The position numbers were made by a program, and so were the translations under genes. Positions 27,269-36,870 of a stretch of DNA of 64,000 nt are shown here, in pieces. Every line of letters begins with the position of its first letter. The first letter of the stretch is position 1. The notes under the pieces are model-generated. The model did no database searches, was not told the DNA's origin, and saw only the letters and a program-made list of their open reading frames with translations. This stretch comes from Schlesneria sp. (lineage in GTDB: Bacteria > Planctomycetota > Planctomycetia > Planctomycetales > Planctomycetaceae): NCBI GenBank assembly GCA_031412755.1, contig JANODP010000191.1, positions 2,454 through 66,453 of the forward strand. Reading direction: 5' to 3'.

Positions 27269-27523
27269 GGCCCAATCTCCAGCGGTTGCGATAAACTGGA
27301 CACGGTATCCATTACATGAGTGTGAACCTCTAGGATCTGTGACATGCTGGATAGCTGGAATCGTAGCAGAAAGTAAGTAGTCAATGTCACGTGAGAGGTA
27401 TGATCCGGGGTTCGCTCCACTCACAAGTCAGCACGGGACGTGAGTGGAGAGTCGAACGCACTCGTCCACGGCAAGTAGCCGTGGTGTCGTTCCGCTCCGC
27501 GGTCGCGCAGGCCGTGGGGCCTG

Positions 27524-27660
27524 TGTGGTGCGGGCAAGGCGTCGCGGGCTGACGATAGTCCGCCGCGACAGGCGGGGTTTTGCGCGCGCCAGTCACGAGG
27601 GACGAGTGCCAGCCCGTCAGAAGCCCGCCTGTCGCGGCGGTAGCCGGCGACGCTCTGCCC
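27524..27660. repeat. Long nested inverted repeat
   Basis: Perfect 17-bp stem 27560-27576/27624-27640 inside an imperfect 14-bp stem 27524-27537/27647-27660. Confidence 0.7.
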
Positions 27661-28018
27661 CTGAAGCGTGGCGGGCTTTTTGGCTGTCCCCAGCCGTGTG
27701 GAGGGTCAATCTCCGATCGCCTTCCGCTCCCCTTTCGGTCGCCTGCTCCGGCGATCGGTCGGCGGGCGCGCGGCGGACCTTTTCTACCTACCGCCGACCT
27801 CTGCCTGCTATCGCTGCGTTGCCTGTTCCTGAGTTGTTCGATCGACACGGACCGCTCCGCCGGTCCGTTCGGTCTGTCAAGTTTTCTTGTCCAAGCAGGC
27901 GGGCCGTAGCCCGCTCGTCTTTGCTTCAACAGAGAATGCTTTGATAGACGCTTTGTCAGGCTGATCCGAGAACCCGAAGGTTGGCGTCTGGAAGCCATCA
28001 ACCAGACTCGGCATTCCG

Positions 28019-28098
28019 AAAAAGGTCCGGCGATCACCAATAGTGGGTCCGGCAACCGCCAAGCCATTTCGGGAAAAAAGGTCCGGCGATCACCAATA
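28019..28098. repeat. Iteron-like direct repeats 3' of rep
   Basis: AAAAAGGTCCGGCGATCACCAATA at 28019-28042 and 28075-28098, a partial copy between them, and an inverted partial copy at 27771-27783. Confidence 0.65.
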
Positions 28099-28108
28099 CT
28101 CTCCGTCA

Positions 28109-29617
28109 TCATTCGGCGAAGGGTTGATGCTGTTCCAAGTGCCAGACACCGAAGCTCGGGAATTGAAAATGTTCTCGTTCGATCTTGCCGGTGGCCGCGT
28201 CACGGGCGGCGTCGCGAAAGCGGTCCGGTTCAACCGTCCGGTAGAACTCCCGGAACGTCGGCTCGTAACTCGCGAATTGGGTTCGACCCTCTGCTGTGGC
28301 GAGATGCGCTTGCAGGGCGGCGGAGCGATCCGTCTGGTACTGCCGCCGCAACTCGGCTTCGGTCGCCGCCTGGGTGTGGCGCTCAGCTTCCCATTCCCGA
28401 CGCTTGCGTTCCTTCTCGTGGGTGTAGATCCAGTCTGGCGGCATACGCTCATTCTGAATGGCGTCCATCAGGAATGCGGCTGGTGAGTTCTTGAATCCGG
28501 GGAAGCCACACGGCTGTTCGTGCATCGCGGCGTCGGTCACACGAATCCAACGCTGAATCAATCCCCGACTGTGCTGTTTGAACAGCCGCCGAATCCCCGG
28601 TTCATCCACGCCGATCGCGCGGAGTGGCTGGTACAGCGGATCGTCCGCAATCGCGCGCTGTTGCGCCGTGGTGCGTTCGGCCAGCGGCCGACGGAAGTAC
28701 GGCCCCTCGAAGAACTGCACAACGTAGAGACCCTTTCCCCGCTTGAGGAACAGGTGTTTGGGATCGGTCTGTCCCCTGCCGAGTTCGACGATGCCATGGT
28801 GGAGCAGTTCACGAATGCAGGCGGTGAGGTCATACTTCCGTTTCTTGAGCGGCCGTTCGGCGGAAAACCCCAGCCCGTTGATCGTGAGATCATCCACGTT
28901 CAGGAAGACCCGCTTGGATCGCCAGAACCGGTCCTTCAGTTTCAGAAACAACCGGCGGGCGGCGGGAGTGAGGTCTCGGTAAACATCGAGGTCGAATAGC
29001 AACGTGCCGCCGGTCGCCTGACACATTTGGAAGAACATCGGCGACCACTCGATCCGCCACGCCCGCTCCGTATCGACGGCCGCTCCCCTGCCGCGAGTCG
29101 GCAGGTACGACGAGAAGAAATGGAGCGTCACCCGTTCGTGCTGCTGGGTGACCGGGTTGTAGAACGCAGTGTTCTGATAGGCGAGAACCGCCAGCCGTTC
29201 CAATGACGCACGCAGTTGCTCGTACTGGAATCCGCCGATCGCCATGCCGAGTTGCTGAATGATCCAATAGGGGGTGGCCATCAGAGTCGGTTCCGGCTGC
29301 TTGTGGTTGAGGCTCATTCCGAGCAGTCCCCACAACACGTATTCGTCGATGCTCTGCAAGCCGAGCGGAGCGTAGACACTCACCCGTGCCTGCCGGGTTT
29401 CCGTACCCACCTTGAACGAATACGCCGTGTCGAACGTCGCTACGTCGCGCGGTCCCCCCTTGAGCGGCCAGAGAGCCGTCTCCAGCAGCGACAATTGGGC
29501 AATCCCCTCTCGCGTGATCCCTGGCAAACGGTATCGCTGGGTGGAGATCTGGTCGTGGCCGGTTTCGGAGACAGGTGAGATCAAGAAGAGTCTTAGAAAA
29601 TTCTCCGGAACAGCCAA
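28109..29617 (-). CDS. Putative plasmid-type replication initiator protein
   Basis: wHTH-like Rep pattern (GLQSIDEYVLWGLL…YEQLRASLERL…FDLDVYRDLTPAARRLFLKL); adjacent repeats. Confidence 0.55.
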   Translation of the reverse strand: MAVPENFLRLFLISPVSETGHDQISTQRYRLPGITREGIAQLSLLETALWPLKGGPRDVATFDTAYSFKVGTETRQARVSVYAPLGLQSIDEYVLWGLLGMSLNHKQPEPTLMATPYWIIQQLGMAIGGFQYEQLRASLERLAVLAYQNTAFYNPVTQQHERVTLHFFSSYLPTRGRGAAVDTERAWRIEWSPMFFQMCQATGGTLLFDLDVYRDLTPAARRLFLKLKDRFWRSKRVFLNVDDLTINGLGFSAERPLKKRKYDLTACIRELLHHGIVELGRGQTDPKHLFLKRGKGLYVVQFFEGPYFRRPLAERTTAQQRAIADDPLYQPLRAIGVDEPGIRRLFKQHSRGLIQRWIRVTDAAMHEQPCGFPGFKNSPAAFLMDAIQNERMPPDWIYTHEKERKRREWEAERHTQAATEAELRRQYQTDRSAALQAHLATAEGRTQFASYEPTFREFYRTVEPDRFRDAARDAATGKIEREHFQFPSFGVWHLEQHQPFAE

Positions 29618-30141
29618 TGCGGCTTCGCGGGCGACTCCACGGGAGCGTCACTCCCCTGCTTCGGTTTTTGAGAGGCCGTGCCGGCATCGACGACCTCGGT
29701 TTTGTTGCGTGCGGATCCGTCAGGAAGGGAGAGTTGCCGTTGGAGTGAACCGATCAGAATGTTCCCTTCGCGGAGTCGCTCGCTGAGTCCTCTCAGCAAT
29801 TCATTCTGGGTCGCGATCTGGCTGTTCTTGATGTCGAGTTCCTTGCGGAGCATGTCGATGATGTCAGCGGACTGGTCACTGCCGCCGAGGGCGGACGCTT
29901 TCGATCCCATCGTCTTCGCTGCACCTGCGGGTACCTCTCGGTGCAGAAGTTCTTCGGAGATTTTCCAGGCGAAGTTTTCACCCTTCACACGGAGCGATTT
30001 CGCGGTCGCGACATCCGGCTCGATGTGGTGACGGTCGGCATGCCGATTGTCCTCCAGAATCGGGTAGAGAATTCGGCGGATGGAAGAGGGGGATTTCCCA
30101 GTAAGTTTGGCCGCCTCTTTGACCGTCAGAAACGTGGTCAT
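29593..30141 (-). CDS. HTH + coiled-coil DNA-binding protein
   Basis: FLTVKEAAKLTGKSPSSIRR, LRKELDIKNSQI coiled coil; start re-assigned to ATG 30141. Confidence 0.75.
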   Translation of the reverse strand: MTTFLTVKEAAKLTGKSPSSIRRILYPILEDNRHADRHHIEPDVATAKSLRVKGENFAWKISEELLHREVPAGAAKTMGSKASALGGSDQSADIIDMLRKELDIKNSQIATQNELLRGLSERLREGNILIGSLQRQLSLPDGSARNKTEVVDAGTASQKPKQGSDAPVESPAKPHWLFRRIF

Positions 30142-30882
30142 GGAGTGAGTGGGGAAGTGATGGCCCGACAGTACCCCCGCTGGCAGGGAATTGGGAAGGG
30201 GATTTGGCACGATACCGGAGACGATGCCGCGGTGCGGTATCGGAGATGTCTCGATGGGGTGCCGATAGGGGATTGTGGCGCTTCCAAAGCCCTTTCCGCA
30301 CGTATTACGGGACACGATTCCGGAACGGTTTCGGACGTGGAATCCACCCTGCCAGGGAAACCCTTTCGGCACCTCTCCGACGGCACGTTTCGGAAGGGTT
30401 TCAAAGGGGTTTCCAAAGCCATTCCACGGCATGGTTGCGGAAGCCATCCGGCAACGTGTCATGAGTGCGGAGAGGGGAGTAGGGGAGCGGCTTCCACCGG
30501 TACCAAAACGAACTCGCGAGATACCATTCCGCAGCCGTACCAAAACGTTTCGTGAAATGGTTTCACGTTGTCGCGGATTGGGTAGGGGATTCGAAGGCGG
30601 TTTTGAGAATCGCTTGCTGTCCACGATGAAATGAATTGTGAAGATCATCTGGGAGATCTCGAAGCGTCAGAATGACAAGGGCTTTTTGAACATTAGGAAT
30701 GCATTGGAAAATGCGAGTTCGACCTACGAATCGAAGGCTAAGTTCAAGTTGCATGCCACACATTTTTTGCTCCTTCAAAGTAACAGAATCTGAACGACCG
30801 GAGTGTGTGGCTTGAAAACGGCGGTGGCGAGTGTGATTGTATAAAGAAGTTTTGGAAGCTTGGTGGTAATGGCGATTCGTGT

Positions 30883-31858
30883 CATGAAGTCAATTCTGAG
30901 ATCCATTCGCTCGAAACTCTTCCGGATCGACGGGAGGGAAGTCTGCTTTGAGCGGCGTGGATTCCACTCGACGAACGAATTGTCGCGAGCCCATCTTGAA
31001 CGGGTCGGAAAATGCTTTCTCGAAGGGTATCACAGCGCAATGGACATCGATTCCATCGACGTCCTCGGTGATGTGCTCAGTCGGTTGGATCGTCAATATC
31101 ACGGTTTCGCGTTTGAGGGAGCCGCGATGGCATTGGCTCTATTGGACCATGTGTTTCCAACTTGGCGAAGCCGTTGGCAACAGTTCTTGGTGGGTCCAGG
31201 AGCGAATCATTGTTACATGCTGCATGTTGGTTACGGATGGGCGATTGCCCGTTTGCCTTGGCTTCGACGACGCCCCATGCAAAGCTCTTCGCGATTTGAT
31301 CCCGTATTGCGCTGGCTTGTTCTTGATGGATTTGGATTTCACGAAGGCTACTTCCATTGGCTGCGGTTTGTGACCGCAGGTGAAATTCCAGCAAACCTAT
31401 CGGGATACGGCCTTCGTGCTTTCGATCAAGGGCTGGGTCGAAGTCTTTGGTTCGTGGTTGGGGCCGACGTCGGACGCATCAGTGGGGCAATCAGCGCATT
31501 TCGGTCGGAACGTCGCGCCGACCTATGGAGCGGCATCGGTCTTGCCTGCGCCTATGCGGGTGGTGCCGACTACTCAGCTATCACCGCCTTACGCCAATCT
31601 AGTGAATGCTACGCGTCGTGTTTGGCGCAGGGTGCAGCTTTTGCGGCTAAGGCTCGCGAGCGCGCGGGCAACCCTGCGGACCACACGACAATGGTGTGCG
31701 AAGCGTTGTGCGGGATGCCTGCTGCTTCAGCAGCGATGGTGACGGACGAGTGCCTTAGGAACCTGCGAGATAGCGACATTGAACCCGCTTTCGAGTGCTG
31801 GAGGCAGGGGATCCAAATTCGGATGGCGGAGGAAACCATCGCAATCGGCAGAAAATGA
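30883..31858 (+). CDS. unbL: DUF1702 / enediyne E3 (UnbL) family protein
   Basis: GFAFEGAAM, YMLHVGYGWA, DGFGFHEGYFH, FDQGLGRSLWF, DLWSGIGLACAYAGG, LAQGAAFAAKAR. Confidence 0.88.
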
Positions 31859-31931
31859 GATCTTTCACTCCATCAAGTAACACCCTGACGTAACGCGCAT
31901 GACTTTCGTTTTCCTGCTGATCCTCCAAACC

Positions 31932-33929
31932 ATGAACAGTTTCATCAAAACTCACGCAAAGCGCATTGTTGCCATTGCGCTGATTCTATTCCTGTACACT
32001 ATGGCGAGGTTGCCGAGCATTTCGGACAACGACCTCCGAGAACTCGCCGATCGGTTTCAGTTCTCCAGCCAAACACTCCCAGAGGTGGTTGGCCCTGAGA
32101 AACGCCGCGTGCGACCACTCCACTCCAGCCTTCAACAGATCTCTGCGTGGATGTCGTCCGTGGGTGCTGCCGTTGCCCTGAACGACTTGGACGGAGATCA
32201 GTATCACAACGACGTCTGCTACGTCGACACGCGTACCGATCAAGTTATCATTGCCCCCGCGCCTGGTACGGGGGACCGGTATTTTCCATTCACGCTCGAT
32301 CCCGGGCCGCAGTTTTTCGACCGAAAGACAATGGCTCCGATGGGTAGTGTCCCGGGCGACTTGAACGAGGATGGCCTGACGGATGTTTTGGTCTACTACT
32401 GGGGTCGTACCCCAATCGCGTTCCTTCGGCGCGAACAGCCTACAAGTGATGCGGACTCGTTGCGTCCCGACAGCTACGTGGCAAGTGAGATCGTGCCCGG
32501 CGGGGAGCGGTGGTATACGAATGCTGCGACTTGTGCCGACGTGGATGGCGACGGACATATAGACGTGATCGTGGGCAATTATGTTCAAGATGGATCTCGG
32601 ACTTTAGACGTTACGGCTGGCGGTACCGAAGAAATGGGGCATTCGATGTCGCGGGCCTTCAATGGCGGTCGAAACCGGCTGTTATTATGGCAGGGCGGGA
32701 CCAGTGGGGATCAGCCGACGGTCAAGTTCGGCGATGTCCCAGGCATTTTTGACATTGATGGGCCAGACGTTGCTACGGGCTGGACACTGGCTGTCGGCGC
32801 TGCTGATCTTGATGGCGACATGTTACCTGAACTCTATTTCAGTAACGACTTCGGTCCCGACAGACTGCTCCACAATCGCACTAAACAAACAGGCGTGCCA
32901 CGATTTGCACTGCTGACAGGACGACGTTCATTCACAACACCTTCATCAAAGGTCGTGGGATGCGACTCATTCAAAGGAATGGGTGTTGACTTTGGAGACC
33001 TGAACGGTGACGGGATTCCGGATATCTATGTTAGCAACATTGCGTCACCACTTGCCTTGGAGGAAAGCCACTTCGCCTACTTGAGTACCGGGGATTTGAA
33101 TGCGATGAAAAATGGGAGAGCACCCTATGTCGATGCGAGTGAACAACTAGGGCTATCGCGCAGCGGTTGGGGTTGGGAAGCTCGACTGGCTGATTTCGAC
33201 AACGATGGTGTGCTTGAGGCGCTTCAAGCGACGGGCTTTGTGCAAGGTGACCACAACCGTTGGCCCGAGTTGCATGAGGTTGCAATGGGAAATGACCAAT
33301 TATTGAGTGGGGCTTCTCACTGGCATTATTTCAGACCTGGCGATGACTTGAGTGGTCACGACCACAACCCATTCTTCGTACGTGCGTCTAGCGGTCGCTT
33401 CTATGACGTGGCACCGCTCATTGGCATGGGCGATCCGCAAATCTCACGAGGCATTGCGACGGCCGACGTGGACGGTGACGGCAATCTGGATTTTGCCGTC
33501 GCAAACCAGTGGCAGCCGTCTCGTTTCTTCCACAATGAACGCCCCCATGCGGGCTCATACCTGGGCCTGAAGTTGTTGGTAGTCACTGGCCAAGAATCGC
33601 TGGCAGCCACGGCAGTTCTGAGTTGGGATCCAAAACCGTCGAAACCGCCGATATCGGCACGACCCGCGATCGGTGCTACGGCAACGGTGTACTTGCCAGA
33701 CCGGAAGCTCGTCGGCCAAGTTGATGGCGGAAACGGACATTCGGGCAAGCGTAGTCCAGATTTACAGTTTGGTCTGAATGATTTTCCTCAGGACAAAGAG
33801 GTGCAAGTGGATTTGCGGTGGCGTGATCCGCAAGGCCGGGTGTGTACCGAAACACAGTATTTGATGCCTGGTTGGCACACGCTGGTTTTGATGAATCATC
33901 CTAAACCGCCTGAGACGAAAGGAGATTGA
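31932..33929 (+). CDS. unbV: ASPIC/UnbV, FG-GAP (CRTAC1-like) enediyne E4 family protein
   Basis: AWMSSVGAAVALNDLDGD, YYWGRTP, NDFGPDRLLHN, DSFKGMGVD, QVDGGNGHSGKRS; N-terminal membrane anchor. Confidence 0.9.
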   Translation: MNSFIKTHAKRIVAIALILFLYTMARLPSISDNDLRELADRFQFSSQTLPEVVGPEKRRVRPLHSSLQQISAWMSSVGAAVALNDLDGDQYHNDVCYVDTRTDQVIIAPAPGTGDRYFPFTLDPGPQFFDRKTMAPMGSVPGDLNEDGLTDVLVYYWGRTPIAFLRREQPTSDADSLRPDSYVASEIVPGGERWYTNAATCADVDGDGHIDVIVGNYVQDGSRTLDVTAGGTEEMGHSMSRAFNGGRNRLLLWQGGTSGDQPTVKFGDVPGIFDIDGPDVATGWTLAVGAADLDGDMLPELYFSNDFGPDRLLHNRTKQTGVPRFALLTGRRSFTTPSSKVVGCDSFKGMGVDFGDLNGDGIPDIYVSNIASPLALEESHFAYLSTGDLNAMKNGRAPYVDASEQLGLSRSGWGWEARLADFDNDGVLEALQATGFVQGDHNRWPELHEVAMGNDQLLSGASHWHYFRPGDDLSGHDHNPFFVRASSGRFYDVAPLIGMGDPQISRGIATADVDGDGNLDFAVANQWQPSRFFHNERPHAGSYLGLKLLVVTGQESLAATAVLSWDPKPSKPPISARPAIGATATVYLPDRKLVGQVDGGNGHSGKRSPDLQFGLNDFPQDKEVQVDLRWRDPQGRVCTETQYLMPGWHTLVLMNHPKPPETKGD

Positions 33930-34933
33930 CTGTGCCACAAAGGGCTGACAACGCGAGCTTCGGCTTGGAAATAGCCGTGGGTGACAAGTGGTACGATGGC
34001 AACCGCATGGGCGGTCTACGCCGATTCGCCATCGCAATCACGGTATTGAATGTTCTGGGCCACACGTGGTTCGGTTTCGAGCAGTCATGGGCACATCCAT
34101 TTGTCGGGCTGACGAGTGCGTACGGAATGGAGTTGCTGGTCGAACTGGTGGATTGCCTGACCGTGCGTCGCCGCCCTCGCTTCCTCGGCGGACTACAGCG
34201 ATTCGTGGACTTTTTCCTGCCCGCTCACATTTCCGGCTTGGCCTGTTCCATGCTCCTGTATTCCAACGAGCGTCTCCTACCAATCGCCTTCGCTGCCGCC
34301 GTAGCGATTGGTTCAAAGCATATCCTGCGCGTCAACATTGGGAACGGCATCCGACACTTTTACAATCCTTCGAATTTCGGCATCACAATGACATTGCTGC
34401 TGTTTCCCTGGGTTGGCATTGCGCAGCCCTACCAATTCACGGAAAACTTGGATGGCATCGGCGACTGGATTCTTCCAGGGGTAATCATCGTTTCGGGAAC
34501 GCTTCTGAACACATGTTACACCAAGCGGTTGCCGCTGATCGCGGCCTGGCTGACGGGGTTCGTGTTGCAGGCCGTTACGCGCCATTTGATTCTGGGGACT
34601 GTGTTGTTTGCGGCCTTGATGCCAATGAGCGGCGTCACCTTTATCCTGTATTCGTTCTACATGGTTACCGATCCGCCAACGACCCCGAGCAGCGTAAAGG
34701 GACAGATCGCTTTCGGAGCGGCGGTCGCTGCCACCTACGGACTACTGATGGTGACACACGTTGTCTTCGGCCTATTCTTCGCGTTGTCGATCGTGAGTTC
34801 GTTGCGTGGCATCTACCTGTTTGCGCGATCTTTTGCATTTTCTGGACAGTCGCAGGTGCGTTCGGCAACGGATACCGAGCCGCTGCCCATACTCGACGAG
34901 TCTCGGTATCCTGTTTTGCAACCCGTGGAGTGA
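33926..34933 (+). CDS. unbU: Enediyne E5 (UnbU) family membrane protein
   Basis: LRRFAIAITVLNVLGH, FLPAHISGLA, RHFYNPSNFGI, PYQFTE, YMVTDPPTTP; start overlaps the unbV stop. Confidence 0.9.
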   Translation: MTVPQRADNASFGLEIAVGDKWYDGNRMGGLRRFAIAITVLNVLGHTWFGFEQSWAHPFVGLTSAYGMELLVELVDCLTVRRRPRFLGGLQRFVDFFLPAHISGLACSMLLYSNERLLPIAFAAAVAIGSKHILRVNIGNGIRHFYNPSNFGITMTLLLFPWVGIAQPYQFTENLDGIGDWILPGVIIVSGTLLNTCYTKRLPLIAAWLTGFVLQAVTRHLILGTVLFAALMPMSGVTFILYSFYMVTDPPTTPSSVKGQIAFGAAVAATYGLLMVTHVVFGLFFALSIVSSLRGIYLFARSFAFSGQSQVRSATDTEPLPILDESRYPVLQPVE

Positions 34934-34974
34934 GTTTGGGGGCATTTGGCCTGTGAACTGCGTGAGCAAAAAGA

Positions 34975-35955
34975 ATGGTTGCCATGACCGACTTTGTTTA
35001 CTGCCCCAGCGTCACGTTCGAGGACACGAACCTTGTCGGCAACGTCTATTTCGCAAACTTCGTCCGTTGGGAGAACGAGTGTCGAAATGATTGGCTGAAG
35101 GCGACGGCATTCGACCTGTACGACGAATTGTTTCGAGGCACCAAACGATTGGTGGTCTCGGAACTGGCACTGAAGTTTCACGACCCCACTGGAGCTAGGT
35201 TGGGCAATGCCATTGAAGTCGACATGACCGTCGCTTCGTTGGAGAACGGATCATGTCACGCGACCTTTGAGATGCGGCGTCGCGCGGAGCCCGGATCAAC
35301 TGCGGTCGCGTCGATTCTGGCTACCGGTCATCAGCGTTTCGCAGTGATCGACTGCGATGCTGAGGTCGTCGCGCATACCGCTGGTGCGGATTCCAAAGAA
35401 CCCTGCGGTCCGGCGTATCTCTTCGAGTTTCCCATTCCGCTCGACGCTTGCCGCAGGGACTCTCGCATCAGCGCCCTAGACCTGATTCGTTGGCAGGGAA
35501 AGTGCCGCGAGCGATTTCTTGCAGATCACTCCGCTAGTATGCTGCAATCTGTTGCAATTGGTTCCTTGGCTCTTCACACAAGTCAAGTAAGCCTCGCGCT
35601 CCTCGACGATGTACGGATAGTGCCGTCCGACAGTATCCGCCTAGAAATGCGAATGACGGAGCTCAAGTCTCGCTTAACCGTCCAGTTCGACTACTACTTG
35701 ATCAACGGCGACGGTGAGAGATCCGCAGTGAAGCGGATCGCCACGGGAATGCAAGTCCTCTGCTGCAAACGGCTGAACAACGAACGAATCCTTCGTGCGT
35801 GCGTATTTCCTCCGGACATGCTTCATGCGCTTCGTCGGTTCACCGAATCCGACCGATTGATTTCGTGTATTGACGTTTTGTTTGCCCATCAAGCAGGCGG
35901 CGCTGCGTCAGGTTCCGCACCAGTCCAGCGAGTTGTCAATCATGTTAGGGGATGA
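34975..35955 (+). CDS. Tandem hot-dog-fold thioesterase (two E10-like domains)
   Basis: Domain 1 VTFEDTNLVGNVYFANFVRW..ECR; domain 2 IRWQGKCRERFL…IATGMQVLCC. Confidence 0.8.
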   Translation: MVAMTDFVYCPSVTFEDTNLVGNVYFANFVRWENECRNDWLKATAFDLYDELFRGTKRLVVSELALKFHDPTGARLGNAIEVDMTVASLENGSCHATFEMRRRAEPGSTAVASILATGHQRFAVIDCDAEVVAHTAGADSKEPCGPAYLFEFPIPLDACRRDSRISALDLIRWQGKCRERFLADHSASMLQSVAIGSLALHTSQVSLALLDDVRIVPSDSIRLEMRMTELKSRLTVQFDYYLINGDGERSAVKRIATGMQVLCCKRLNNERILRACVFPPDMLHALRRFTESDRLISCIDVLFAHQAGGAASGSAPVQRVVNHVRG

Positions 35956-35958
35956 ACC

Positions 35959-36870
35959 ATGTCGCAAACGCTACTGCATCAAGATCGCGTTTTCCGTGAT
36001 GATACCCTTGCGGTGTACCAGCGAGGCGTCGAGTTAGCGATTGCTACGATGCGACAGCGTTTAAGCGATCCGCTCACGCAGGACGATTTGGCAGACACGA
36101 CGTTCATGAGTCGATACCACTTCAACCGCGTCTTCACAAAAATCACCGGCGTATCCCCCGGCCGCTTTCTGGCCGCGATTCGCATGCAAGAGGCCAAACG
36201 GCTCCTGTTGCAAACCGAACGCAGCGTGACTGACATCTCTCTGGATGTTGGATACAAAAGTTTGGGTACGTTCAGCCGCATCTTTTCCGACGCAATCGGT
36301 TTCTCACCAGTCCGTTTTCGTCAACTCGCTCGGCCGCTCCGGATGTTGCCGTTTGAAAGCGTCATCGCGTTCCTACGGCCTCAACGAGAATTCGCATGTA
36401 ATGCACCGCTTACTGGTGACTTGCTATGCGGAAACGTGCTCAAATTGTCCTTCGTCGCTTTGTTCTCAACCGCAATACCTCGATCGCATCCGATCGAATG
36501 TGTCGTTCTTCAGGCGACGACCCATTTCGCATTTGACCGAATCCCTTGTGCCGGCAGTCATATTTACGTCGCAGGAATGTTGCCTGAAGCCACATTTGAG
36601 GATGCGGTTCTTGCCACACCCGGCCGTATCGTCATTGGTACGGCGTCTTTAGCCAAGTACGCCTCACGACCAATATGTGTCGCAATCAGTTTGCGAACCA
36701 GAAGTGTGATCGAGCCGCCAATTCTTTTCGCGTTCCCACTAGCCCTCGCCCAATTGTTGATTTGCAGCGAAGTGGGCAATTTTGGAGAAGCGGACCTGAC
36801 CTTGGAATCACTACCCTTTCGGGAACGCGAGTCTTACATTTTTCGCCATCCAGCCAGGAGAATTCGATGA
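35959..36870 (+). CDS. AraC-family regulator (N-terminal HTH)
   Basis: MSRYHFNRVF…GVSPGRFL…RMQEAKRLL…VGYKSLGTFSRIF. Confidence 0.92.
   Translation: MSQTLLHQDRVFRDDTLAVYQRGVELAIATMRQRLSDPLTQDDLADTTFMSRYHFNRVFTKITGVSPGRFLAAIRMQEAKRLLLQTERSVTDISLDVGYKSLGTFSRIFSDAIGFSPVRFRQLARPLRMLPFESVIAFLRPQREFACNAPLTGDLLCGNVLKLSFVALFSTAIPRSHPIECVVLQATTHFAFDRIPCAGSHIYVAGMLPEATFEDAVLATPGRIVIGTASLAKYASRPICVAISLRTRSVIEPPILFAFPLALAQLLICSEVGNFGEADLTLESLPFRERESYIFRHPARRIR

Noticed and set aside
34934-34974. Remnant of pksE between unbU and the thioesterase
   Set aside because: Only 41 bp, with no KS/AT/KR/PPTase-like peptide in any frame
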